This document shows, one piece after another, positions 9,030 to 17,441 of a DNA stretch of 26,387 nucleotides; position 1 is the stretch's first letter, and each line of letters starts with the position of its first letter. This stretch comes from Chloroflexia bacterium. Lineage in GTDB: Bacteria > Chloroflexota > Chloroflexia > QHBQ01 > JAICKM01. The notes beneath the pieces are model-generated. The model searched no databases. It saw nothing but the letters and a program-made list of their open reading frames with translations, and was not told the origin of the DNA. The position numbers and the translations under genes are program-made. The stretch is from assembly GCA_038252265.1 (NCBI GenBank), contig JBBSAN010000009.1, positions 1 through 26,387 on the forward strand, given 5' to 3'.

Positions 9030-9376
9030 AGCTTCGTTTCCACCAATGTTTGGCCGGGGCTTCGTACTTTGTACTTAAACGTGCCTGACATCATGCCGTC
9101 GGTCAGGCCGGTGACCGTGTCGAGGCAGATGGGGTGGCCGTTGATCCGCAACAGGCCCGAATAGCCCGCGTCCACGGTCAGGGTATGCTGGCACGGCGGG
9201 CCGCCAGGGACGGGTGGAAAGGGCAGGGGGCAGCCGGAGATGGTGCGGCCTTTGGGATCCGCCTCCACCAGCACCTTCCGTCCGGCCACCCGCACCAGGC
9301 TTTGTGACGGCTGATTCTTCACATGCCCCAGTTCGTGCTCGCAGACCAGCACCGCGTCTTCAGTCAGAATTTTCAT
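9026..9376 (-). CDS. PAAR-like (DUF4280-like) spike-tip protein, 116 aa
   Basis: Cys/His-rich (C12, H14, H18, C49, C62, H64, H82, C85). LLRINGHPICLDTVTG resembles the PAAR 'xINGxPAAR' segment. Sits between the spike and gp25 genes. Stop is adjacent to the VgrG-like stop/start. Confidence 0.55.
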   Translation of the reverse strand: MKILTEDAVLVCEHELGHVKNQPSQSLVRVAGRKVLVEADPKGRTISGCPLPFPPVPGGPPCQHTLTVDAGYSGLLRINGHPICLDTVTGLTDGMMSGTFKYKVRSPGQTLVETKL

Positions 9377-10897
9377 CTAAGCCTGCTCAAAGTTGATCGC
9401 CTTGCCTTGAATCAGGATGCTGTGACCGGGCGCTTCGATCACCAGGTCGGTTTCGGCGTGGATCAGGACCTTGCCAGGCGCTAATTCGACATAACTGCCA
9501 TCAATGGTCGCCATATGGACGATCTTGTGTTCGTCGTCGAATTGCACATATTGGCCGCCGGGGGTGCGCAGGGTGTAACGGCGGATCGCGCCACCCGCGA
9601 CGCCATCGTCGGGCGGCTTCTGGGTGCCGTACAGGCCTCCGAGGATCAACGCTTGGCCGGGATCTTCATGCGCGAAGAGCACCAGGACCTGATCTCCGAC
9701 ATCCGGCAGCGCGACGAGGCCTTTGCCCGGTCCCGCACCCGGCACGACCACCCCCAACCATTCGGTTTCCACATCCTCGTAGGCCGAGAGCTTGACGCGC
9801 ACTCGCCCCAACTCATCGGGATCGTCCACCTGCGTGACCACGCCCGGACTGGCGGTGGCGCGGCGCGTGGGGGTCTGGGCTGGTGGGGCATCGCTGGACA
9901 GTTCGGACACAAACCCTAGCTGCGGGTCAATGGTGTGCGTGACGGTGGTCAGCACATAGCGCCCGGCGACGGCGGTTGCCACACCGTCTATCTCCACCAG
10001 GCTACCCGGTTGGAGGCGCGGGTCGCCGTCGGCCACGCCCCAGAAGGTCACCTCGCGGGCGACACGCCGGTCCAGTTCGGCCTGGGCCAGCCCCTCGGCG
10101 TGCGGATCGTCCGGCGCGATAGCATCCACCAGATCGCGCTTGCCGCTCCCGCCGACCCGGTCGGGCGGCACCGTTGCGGGGGCGGTCCGGCCTACCCGCG
10201 CTGTGCTGGCGTGCCCCGTGTGGGTCTCGATACGCTGCGAATTCCAGCCGATGGTCGTCACTTCGTGGCAGGCCGGATCCCCGTTGACTTCCAGCCGCGC
10301 CTCAAGCAGCGCCTGGCCCAGGGTGAGGGGGAGCGGATCGCCCATTCCGTCGAGGGTGATCAGGTGCAATGTCGTTTCCCGCACGGTGAGGTACAACCCG
10401 CAGCGCTCGGCCACACCGACCAGCAGTTCCAGGTCCGATTGGCCCCACTGGAACAGCCGGGGCCAGTGCGGGCCGTCCACTACCGCTGCAACGGTCAGGC
10501 CGAGATCGCCGGCCAGCTCCTGGGCCAGATCGCGCACGGTCACCTGAACATGGGCGCGTACCGGTTGGCGCTTGCGCAGCCGGTGCAGCATGTCGTAACC
10601 CCGGACACGGACAGCGCGCTCGTGGGCAGGGCCATAGACATGCTCTACCGCCGTGACCTCGCCGACAAAGAGGGGCGGGCCGCTGCCAGGCACACGGACC
10701 CGCAGGCCCGCCCCCGGCTCCAGGCCACTGAACATGGTCAACGGGCCGGGAGGATCGGCGAAGGTCAGTTCGCACAGGGTCGGCATCGACAGGCGTTGCT
10801 GCACGCGCACCGCCGCCAGGTCGCGCGCCTGGTCGGCGGCCAGGGGCGTGCCGTCCACCTCAACCGTGACCTGGGGTAAGCCAAAGATCTGGCTCAT
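9377..10897 (-). CDS. Central spike protein, phage late-control gpD / VgrG-like (Afp8-like), 506 aa, with no C-terminal effector domain
   Basis: GRYVLTTVTHTIDPQLGFVSELS (gpD signature), followed by a gp5-like OB region and a C-terminal beta-helical region (VLVLFAHEDPGQALILGGLY...). ATG overlaps the upstream stop (ATGA). Confidence 0.85.
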   Translation of the reverse strand: MSQIFGLPQVTVEVDGTPLAADQARDLAAVRVQQRLSMPTLCELTFADPPGPLTMFSGLEPGAGLRVRVPGSGPPLFVGEVTAVEHVYGPAHERAVRVRGYDMLHRLRKRQPVRAHVQVTVRDLAQELAGDLGLTVAAVVDGPHWPRLFQWGQSDLELLVGVAERCGLYLTVRETTLHLITLDGMGDPLPLTLGQALLEARLEVNGDPACHEVTTIGWNSQRIETHTGHASTARVGRTAPATVPPDRVGGSGKRDLVDAIAPDDPHAEGLAQAELDRRVAREVTFWGVADGDPRLQPGSLVEIDGVATAVAGRYVLTTVTHTIDPQLGFVSELSSDAPPAQTPTRRATASPGVVTQVDDPDELGRVRVKLSAYEDVETEWLGVVVPGAGPGKGLVALPDVGDQVLVLFAHEDPGQALILGGLYGTQKPPDDGVAGGAIRRYTLRTPGGQYVQFDDEHKIVHMATIDGSYVELAPGKVLIHAETDLVIEAPGHSILIQGKAINFEQA

Positions 10898-11667
10898 GTT
10901 TGCTCCATCTGGCCCGCCACCGGTGGGATACGCAGCACCATCCCGGCGGCCAGCCGAAACGGATCAATAATGTCATTATAGATCGCCAGCAAGCGCCAGG
11001 CATCGGCGCGGCCAAAGTAGGTGTAGGCGAGCAGATCCAGTCGCTCGCCGGTGCCCGGCTCTTCCCCGTCGCCTCCCCCCTGGATCTCGTGGAACAGGTC
11101 GCCGTTTCCCACGTCCGGGGGGAGTTCCGCTGGGTTCTCCGGCACGGGCGGCAGCATCTCCAGAAAATCCGCCGGATCGGGCGGGGGCGTGGTTGTTTCC
11201 GGCGTGCTGGGTTCGCGCACGCGGAGCAGCCGCAGGCGCATCCACGAGCGCTGCGCGGCCCCGGTCGCGCTGAATTGCTCGAGCCGTTCTGCCACCGCCG
11301 TGATCACCCCCGGCACGTTCCAGGCCTTACCCCACACAAAACGCACCACTGGGGGCTGACCATACCCATCTCTGCCGGTCCCGTTCTCGGCCAGATTCCA
11401 GAGCGGGGCGGTGAGATCACGCACATCTTCAGTGGTGATGGAGGCACCGCCCAGGTTGATATCGAAGAGCAAGTCCATTTCGAGTTCCGTCCGCCCGCCC
11501 CCGGTGTAGAGCAGCGGATCATCGGCCAGCCCGGTCCCGGTCAGTTGCCCGCCCGCCGACCGGCGGGGCCGCACGCCCGCCAGCCGGCGCATCACCAGTG
11601 TATCGGGGTTCAGCAAACAGGTCAGTGTTTCGTTGCGCTCTTCGAGAAGAAAGGCTACGCGCTCCAT
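10894..11667 (-). CDS. Tube-initiator / baseplate hub protein with C-terminal LysM-like domain (Afp7/Pvc7/gpX-like)
   Basis: C-terminus ERLDLLAYTYFGRADAWRLLAIYNDIIDPFRLAAGMVLRIP fits the LysM consensus. Position immediately 5' of the gpD-like gene is as in P2 (X-D) and eCIS (afp7-afp8). Confidence 0.7.
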   Translation of the reverse strand: MERVAFLLEERNETLTCLLNPDTLVMRRLAGVRPRRSAGGQLTGTGLADDPLLYTGGGRTELEMDLLFDINLGGASITTEDVRDLTAPLWNLAENGTGRDGYGQPPVVRFVWGKAWNVPGVITAVAERLEQFSATGAAQRSWMRLRLLRVREPSTPETTTPPPDPADFLEMLPPVPENPAELPPDVGNGDLFHEIQGGGDGEEPGTGERLDLLAYTYFGRADAWRLLAIYNDIIDPFRLAAGMVLRIPPVAGQMEQT

Positions 11668-13016
11668 TCGAGGCCTCGCTGTTCACGGTCTAGCCGCTGG
11701 AGCCGTTCCCAGGCGCGCAGGGCCACGGCCAGATCGTCGCCGGGCAGCGGGTCCTCGTCCGGCAGGGTGGGCCAGGGAGAACGCAGCCCTGCCTGCTCAA
11801 TCGCAGCCATGCCCGCAGGCGGGGAGGGAGTTGTCTGGGGGGCCATGCGGGGCCGCCGCGCCGGGCCAGGCGGTGATACCCTGGACACCCACTCTTCCTG
11901 GTTGACCTCCGGCCAGACCAACATCTCCAGGGGCGGAGCGGCGGTGACCGGCCCTCGTCTCGCCGCAGAAAAAGGAGAACGCCCGGCTTCCGCAGTCGTG
12001 GCGAACCGGGTCCACCCCGGCGCGCTCTCAGCTGGTCGGGCCGGGTGTACGGCCTCATGCCCTCCCGACTCGGCCTGCGGCCCTACCGGGACCACGCCCC
12101 TACCGGCAAGGGGAGGCGGTTTTGTCCGCCCGCCCGCTCTATCTCGCGGGGGCGGCAGGCGTTGCCCGGTTGGGGCGGGTCTGCCTCGCTCCGGCGGTCG
12201 TTCCGGCGTTTCTGCCAACCCTGGATCGAGCGCGGGCGGCTGGCCTTCTGCGGTCACCCGATCGGCCCTGGTGACGGCGCGGGGCGCTGCCTGCTGCGGC
12301 GGGATCGCCGCTCCCCTTTCCAGCGCCCCGCCGGCGCGGCCTGTGGCTCTGGCCCACGCCCCCTGTTCGAACGAGATCCCTCGTTCGGACTCGGGCCTGT
12401 GGGGCGGCTCCGTCCCCCTGACCCCGGCCCATCGGGTCGCTGGCGTTGGCCGTGGTGCCGCCGGGACCCCAGAACCTGTTGCGCCTGCGCGCCGGGCGGC
12501 AGGAGCAGGCGTGGCCTGCGGCTGTGCCAGTTCCGGCGGAGTTCCTGTCCGCCAGGGCGCCAGGATATCGGGCATCCGGAAGTTCCACAAGTTCCGCCCG
12601 GTTCCCGCTACGGGCCGAGCCGATACCCGCCGGCCCGGATGGCGGCGTCCCGCCGCTGGCCGGCCGGTGCGCCCCGCGTCCCCGGTCAGGGTGGGGGGAC
12701 GCACGCGGGCGGCTGGTCTGCTCGCGCCACCCCCGCTGGCCGGGCGGATGGCCGCGCCGGGCGGTGACCCGGTCGTGCTTCCCGAAGTAATCAGGGAGCC
12801 ATCGTCGGTGAGCAGTTCGGGTGCCCTGGCCCGGATGTCGGCCAGCCAATGGGCCGGGGGACCCGCCGAAGCAGGACGGGAGTCCCCCGAGGCTCCCTCC
12901 GGGCGGCGGGTCGTTGGCCGGTCGCTGTTCGCTTGCTGTAGCGCAAAGATCGTCAAGCGCCGCAGCGGGCGGGCCAGCACGCGCCAGCAAAAGGTCCAGA
13001 AAGCATGGGTAGCCAT
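11655..13016 (-). CDS. Pro/Ala/Arg-rich hypothetical protein (453 aa) in the tape-measure position. Reading frame uncertain in this stretch.
   Basis: ATG at 13016 lies 4 nt after the tube stop. The ORF exactly fills the tube-to-LysM gap and overlaps the LysM gene start by 13 nt. N-terminus (MATHAFWTFCWRVLARPL...) and C-terminus (...DDLAVALRAWERLQRLDREQRGLEWSA) look protein-like; the middle is low complexity. Several alternative frames are also open here (12139..12990-, 12045..12767+). Confidence 0.35.
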   Translation of the reverse strand: MATHAFWTFCWRVLARPLRRLTIFALQQANSDRPTTRRPEGASGDSRPASAGPPAHWLADIRARAPELLTDDGSLITSGSTTGSPPGAAIRPASGGGASRPAARVRPPTLTGDAGRTGRPAAGRRHPGRRVSARPVAGTGRNLWNFRMPDILAPWRTGTPPELAQPQATPAPAARRAGATGSGVPAAPRPTPATRWAGVRGTEPPHRPESERGISFEQGAWARATGRAGGALERGAAIPPQQAAPRAVTRADRVTAEGQPPALDPGLAETPERPPERGRPAPTGQRLPPPRDRAGGRTKPPPLAGRGVVPVGPQAESGGHEAVHPARPAESAPGWTRFATTAEAGRSPFSAARRGPVTAAPPLEMLVWPEVNQEEWVSRVSPPGPARRPRMAPQTTPSPPAGMAAIEQAGLRSPWPTLPDEDPLPGDDLAVALRAWERLQRLDREQRGLEWSA

Positions 13017-13020
13017 GCGC

Positions 13021-13461
13021 TCAGGCTCGCTCTAGCGTCTCGAACACCAGGGTCAACTGCTCAATCGCGGCCTCATGGGTGAGCGCGTTAAGCACGGCAC
13101 CCCGCCACTCGGCGGGCCAGGCGTTCACCAGATCCCAGCGGGTCAGCTCGGCCACCCCGTCGCTGTCGAGCATCAGGATCGACACATTCTTGCGATCCAC
13201 CTTGCCCTTCACGGCGGTCATAAACCAGTCCCACAGTTCGTGGGAGGCCGTCAGGCCATAGCTGAGGGTGACATCGCCATACTCGACCGGGCCGGGCAGC
13301 ACATGGGTGACCTGGCTTTGCCCCCCCTCCCGATATTTGATGGCGTGTACTTTGATGCCGATGCCGGTGCATTCGGTGAAATGCCCTTCGGTCACGCCCG
13401 CGATGACGAGCTTGAAGTTGTAACCCCGATAGGGTTCTGTGTACGTCCCAGGATTAGGCAT
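13021..13461 (-). CDS. Contractile tail tube protein (T4 gp19 / Afp1-Afp5 / Hcp-like family), 146 aa
   Basis: YRGYNFKLVIAGV...FTECTGIGIKVHAIKYREGG... has a typical tube-protein length and pattern. ATG at 13461 with SD GGAGGG. Overlaps the sheath stop by 8 nt. Confidence 0.9.
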   Translation of the reverse strand: MPNPGTYTEPYRGYNFKLVIAGVTEGHFTECTGIGIKVHAIKYREGGQSQVTHVLPGPVEYGDVTLSYGLTASHELWDWFMTAVKGKVDRKNVSILMLDSDGVAELTRWDLVNAWPAEWRGAVLNALTHEAAIEQLTLVFETLERA

Positions 13462-14743
13462 TGTTCCCTCCTGCTGGCGCGGTCTGGGTGCTCACGGCAC
13501 CGGCCCACTGGCTGATGCGGAAGATGATAAACTCGGCGGGTTTAACCGGCGCGATCCCGATCAGAATCACAACCATCCCAGCGTCGATGATATCCGGGGT
13601 ATTGGTCTCTTCATCGCATTTGACAAAGAAGGCCTGCTCGGGGGTTTGGCCCAGCAAGGCTCCATCCCGCCAGATCCGGGTGAGGAAGGCGCTGACATCG
13701 CGGCGAATGGATTTCCAGAGGGTCCGATCATTCGGCTCGAACACGATCCAGCGGGTGTTGTCCGCAATCGACTCCTCAATCATATTGAAGAGGCGGCGCA
13801 CGTTCAGATAGCGCCATTCGCTGGCGCTGGCGGCCAGCGTGCGCGCCCCCCAGACGCGGATGCCCTCGCGGACGAAGAAGCGGATGCAGTTGACGCCCGC
13901 CTGGTTTAGCTCGCCCTGCTCGTCGCGGGTCAGCCGGTAGGTGACATCCAGTGCGCCCCGCACGGTCTCATTGGCCGGGGCCTTATGCACCCCGCGGGTT
14001 GCATCGCTCCGCGCCCAGATCCCGGCCATATGCCCGGATGGGGGCACCGACACCAGATCGTTGGTGGTTGCCAGCGGATCCCGCACCAGGATATTGGGGA
14101 AATAGTAGGCACCATAGCCGCCGTCTGACTGGCGGGCGCGCAACCCGGTCTGATCTCCGCCTGCCGCCGGGGCTGCCGGGGGCGATCCGGCCCCGCCGTC
14201 TGCGGGGGTGCCGCCGCCCGCCGGTGGGGTGCCCCCACCCCCGCTTTTCTTCGCCTTTGGCGTGGCAACCTGGGTTAAGTCGTCAATATTCGTGACATCC
14301 GGCGGCGCGTCGAGGATCGCCACCCGATCTTTGAGCCGTTCACAATGGGTGAGCAGGGCATCATAGCTCGCGGCATCCGTATAGCCGGGCGCAGCGACGA
14401 TGGCGATCTCGTCGATGGCCTCGAAGAGATCTAACCCGCTGCGGGTGCGCCCGCCGCCGGTGATCGCGCCCCCCGCCCCGACATTGCAAACGTAGCAACG
14501 GCTGCCGCCATTCTGAAAGAAGCCATACACCGCGTGGGCGAGCGGGGTGCTGGCCGTACTGCCGACGGCGAACGTGTTGACAAATTGCGTCCAATTATTG
14601 ATCGCCATAGCGACATTCACCGGCGCATTGGGGTCCGGGGCCACGCCAATAAAGCCTGCGGTACTGGTGCCTACCGCCTCAATAGGTCGCCCGCCACCAG
14701 GGACCTCTTCGACATAAATATCCGGTGCTAAGTAGGTCGGCAT
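13454..14743 (-). CDS. Contractile tail sheath protein (429 aa) with a Gly/Pro-rich surface insertion
   Basis: MPTYLAPDIYVEEVPGG... is the canonical sheath N-terminus (xYxAPGVYVEE). The ATG at 14743 has a perfect SD AAGGAGG 6 nt upstream. The ORF-track start at 14761 is a TTG. Confidence 0.9.
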   Translation of the reverse strand: MPTYLAPDIYVEEVPGGGRPIEAVGTSTAGFIGVAPDPNAPVNVAMAINNWTQFVNTFAVGSTASTPLAHAVYGFFQNGGSRCYVCNVGAGGAITGGGRTRSGLDLFEAIDEIAIVAAPGYTDAASYDALLTHCERLKDRVAILDAPPDVTNIDDLTQVATPKAKKSGGGGTPPAGGGTPADGGAGSPPAAPAAGGDQTGLRARQSDGGYGAYYFPNILVRDPLATTNDLVSVPPSGHMAGIWARSDATRGVHKAPANETVRGALDVTYRLTRDEQGELNQAGVNCIRFFVREGIRVWGARTLAASASEWRYLNVRRLFNMIEESIADNTRWIVFEPNDRTLWKSIRRDVSAFLTRIWRDGALLGQTPEQAFFVKCDEETNTPDIIDAGMVVILIGIAPVKPAEFIIFRISQWAGAVSTQTAPAGGNNA

Positions 14744-14757
14744 ACTATCCCTCCTTA

Positions 14758-15438
14758 TCAATCGAACAGGTTAAAGTGGATCACCAGCGGCTCACCCCCG
14801 CCAGGGAGTGCAGTCGGCTGTACGCTCAGTTCGCGTCCTTTCGCCCCCACCAGCAAGTGCAGCTTCTGTGGCTCGTCCGGCACCAGTGCAAAGCGAAAAC
14901 GGCCACGCCTATCGGTTCGGGTGGTTCGGCCCAGCCCGACCAGTTCCACTCGCGCATCGGCCAGGGGGATATCATTCGGCCCCAGCACCAGCCCGATCAG
15001 GGTGGTCAGCGGGGTCGTCTGCACGCTGGGCAAGCTCCGCACGAGCTTGACGTCCGGCTCCGGTCGCTCCATCCGTAGCGGAACTCGGATCACAAAGGCG
15101 GGCCGAGGGGCCGTGCCGAGACCCGCCCAGGTCGTGGCCGGTAGCGGGTCCGGATCGACCTCGAACTCCGGCTTCTCCAATGCCGCGAACACGAGTTGTC
15201 CCAGCAGGCGATGGGCTTCCTCCGGCGAGTCGGCCCAGGTGGTCACGAGATACCGCAGCATCACTTGCAACGGCGCGCGGGTTGCCGTCCGGGCCAGGGG
15301 GGTAGGGATCATCTCCAGTAAGTAGACATTGACCATACTGCCACTCTGCGCCGGGGCAGGCACCCCGAATGACACCGCGATCCCCGAGATAACCCCTGCG
15401 ACCCAATCCTTGAGGCTCTGGTCTGTCTGATCGATCAT
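14758..15438 (-). CDS. Tail terminator/cap protein, DUF4255 (Pvc16/Afp16 N-domain) plus carboxypeptidase-regulatory-like C-domain
   Basis: MIDQTDQSLKDWVAG...VSFGVP...VNVYLLEM...LRYLVTTWA matches the DUF4255 pattern (MI.D.D..L...L, YLITAW). C-terminus LIGLVLGPNDIPLADARVELVGLGRTTRTDRRGRFRF fits a CarboxypepD_reg fold. ATG at 15438 is preferred; the track start at 15507 is a GTG. Confidence 0.75.
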   Translation of the reverse strand: MIDQTDQSLKDWVAGVISGIAVSFGVPAPAQSGSMVNVYLLEMIPTPLARTATRAPLQVMLRYLVTTWADSPEEAHRLLGQLVFAALEKPEFEVDPDPLPATTWAGLGTAPRPAFVIRVPLRMERPEPDVKLVRSLPSVQTTPLTTLIGLVLGPNDIPLADARVELVGLGRTTRTDRRGRFRFALVPDEPQKLHLLVGAKGRELSVQPTALPGGGEPLVIHFNLFD

Positions 15439-16192
15439 CGTCTGCTCACCGGGTAGTGTGTCTACGGAGCCTTGAAGAACGTGCGGCCAACGACGATCTT
15501 CAACCACTTTGTTCGCCAGCCTATCCTGACCGGCGACGCGCCGCTGTCAGCACTGACGCTCCAACACCGAGAGTTCGTTGGCAAACTGCCGCAACACTTC
15601 GACAAAGTCACGTTTGGTGTTCGGCGTGGCGGCTTCGACCCGTTGTTGGCTGACTGGTGGGTTCGACCCCGATGAAGCGATCAGCAGGTGTCGTGGTGGT
15701 CCTACTCGTCGTCGGTACAGGTTACACGCCGTGGTTGTGGTGGGAAGCAGTGGGCGGGCAACAGAGGCGGCATGGAGTTCTTTGCTCTTTTCAGTGCCCC
15801 AGCCAACAACCTGCGCTGGCGCATCGGGGCGAGCATAGCGAGCGAGCACATCTTACACCTTGGTTGTGAGGCCCGTCTTGGCCTTGAGGATGCACAATCT
15901 GAAAAGGTGAAGCGGTCTCCATGTCGAGTAGTGTGGTCATCCCGTCAATGGTTAGGGGGTAAAAACAGGAACTCTAAGTGAGATTATATTCCAAAGGGAT
16001 CGTCTAGTCAATAGGATCAGCGGGCGCTTTCGGTCAATTGCACCTAAATTAGGCATAGGCCCGCGCCATGAGGCCCGAAATGGCCTGATTGGTGGTTGGT
16101 GCTCGTGCCTGGTCGCAACGGGAGCCAGGACAAGACGTATCTCTGCGTACCCACTTTAGCTGCACTCGCCCTGGGTACCGCCAACCAGGGGC

Positions 16193-16229
16193 TAGACTTC
16201 CGCACAAATGTTCGCTATAATGGAGGTAT
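16193..16229 (+). promoter_or_regulatory. Sigma70-like promoter: TAGACT (-35, 16193-16198), 17-bp spacer, TATAAT (-10, 16216-16221). It would give a leaderless or very short-leader transcript starting at the ATG at 16228.
   Basis: Read directly. The GGAGG at 16222-16226 is only 1 nt from the ATG, so it cannot act as an SD. Confidence 0.35.
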
Positions 16230-17412
16230 GCTCATCCAATCGGCACCGGATACTCTGGATAAACTGGCCCAGATGGGGAACGCCACGGCGTTTGAGCCGG
16301 CAGGCGATGCGCCCACGCGCGAAACCATCGCTGCGCCGGGGCCGCCAGGCCGGTATCAGTCGCATAGCCTGGCCGACTGCATCACGCATGTCGCCACGCC
16401 GACCGGGCAGAAGCCGATCCTCAAGACGATGCTGACCACCGCCTGCGAGCGCAATTGCTTCTATTGCCCCTTCCGCGCCGGGCGAACCAAAACCGTCCGC
16501 GTCACCTTCGGCCCCGATGAGTTGGCGCGCGGCTTCTCCACCCTTCAGCAGGCCGGGCAGGTGGACGGCTTGTTCCTCACCTCGGGCATTATCCAGGGCA
16601 GCGTCGCCACCGAGGACCGGCTGCTGGCGACGACCGATCTGATCCGCAATCGCTATGGCTACCGGGGCTACGTCCACCTCAAGATCATGCCCGGTATCGA
16701 ATACGCCCAGTTGTACCGGGCGATGCAACTGGCCGACCGCGTGTCGGTCAACCTCGAAGCCCCGACCCAGGAGCGGCTGAACGCCCTCGCGCCGAAGAAG
16801 GATTTTGCCCGCGAACTGTTGCAGATGCTGCACTGGGCCGAGACGATCCGGCGGGAACACCCGGAGGAGAAGCTGGCCCGCACGGTGACGCAGTTTGTGG
16901 TCGGGGCGGCGGGCGAGACCGACCGGGAGTTGATGGCGCTCAGCGCCCGGCTCTATCGCCAGTGGGGGCTGACCCGTGCCTACTACTCGGCCTTCCACCC
17001 CATCGTGCAAACCCCGTTTGAGCACCTGCCCGCCACCGACCCGGTGCGCGAGCGGCGGCTCTATCAGGCCAGTTTCCTGCTGCGCGACTTCGGCTGGGGG
17101 GTGGACGAGTTGGCGTTCGAGCCGGATGGCAACCTGCGCACCGACGTAGACCCGAAGCGGGCCTGGGGCGAGGCCCACCTGCGTCACGCGCCGCTGGAAC
17201 TGATGACCGCCTCGCGTGAGCAGTTGCTGCGGGTGCCCGGCATCGGCCCGGTGGCTGCCGACGCGATCCTGCGGGGCCGCCGCGCCGCACACCTGACCGA
17301 TCTGAGCCAGTTGCGGCGGCTGGGCCTGCGGGCACCCGAGCAGGCCGCCCCCTACATTCTGCTCAATGGGCACCGCCCGCCCATGCAGCTATCCCTCTTC
17401 GACCGGCCCTGA
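16228..17412 (+). CDS. Radical SAM protein with C-terminal helix-hairpin-helix (putative DNA modification/repair radical SAM family)
   Basis: CERNCFYCPF (CxxxCxxC) and C-terminal LLRVPGIGPVAADAILRGRR (HhH). Start at the ATG at 16228; the track start at 16096 lies in AT-richer intergenic DNA. Confidence 0.7.
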   Translation: MLIQSAPDTLDKLAQMGNATAFEPAGDAPTRETIAAPGPPGRYQSHSLADCITHVATPTGQKPILKTMLTTACERNCFYCPFRAGRTKTVRVTFGPDELARGFSTLQQAGQVDGLFLTSGIIQGSVATEDRLLATTDLIRNRYGYRGYVHLKIMPGIEYAQLYRAMQLADRVSVNLEAPTQERLNALAPKKDFARELLQMLHWAETIRREHPEEKLARTVTQFVVGAAGETDRELMALSARLYRQWGLTRAYYSAFHPIVQTPFEHLPATDPVRERRLYQASFLLRDFGWGVDELAFEPDGNLRTDVDPKRAWGEAHLRHAPLELMTASREQLLRVPGIGPVAADAILRGRRAAHLTDLSQLRRLGLRAPEQAAPYILLNGHRPPMQLSLFDRP

Positions 17413-17441
17413 CCCGTATCCGACCACTGCCGAGCACATTC

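Noticed and set aside
14743-14761. Track start (TTG) for the sheath gene and GTG starts at 15507, 18497 and 24403 for the cap, kinase-like and ribbon genes
   Set aside because: In each case an in-frame ATG with a good SD and a family-typical N-terminus lies shortly downstream. The longer forms add non-conserved leaders.
15547-15849. 100-aa minus-strand ORF upstream of the CIS cap gene
   Set aside because: GTG start without a convincing SD. Atypical codon usage for this genome (CGA/CCA runs). Lies in the lower-GC divergent promoter region. Could be a small regulator, but not supportable from sequence alone.
16096-16227. Longer alternative start (16096) for the radical SAM gene
   Set aside because: The extension lies in AT-richer intergenic sequence containing the -35/-10 promoter. 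Its N-terminal residues are not family-like. The ATG at 16228 is preferred.
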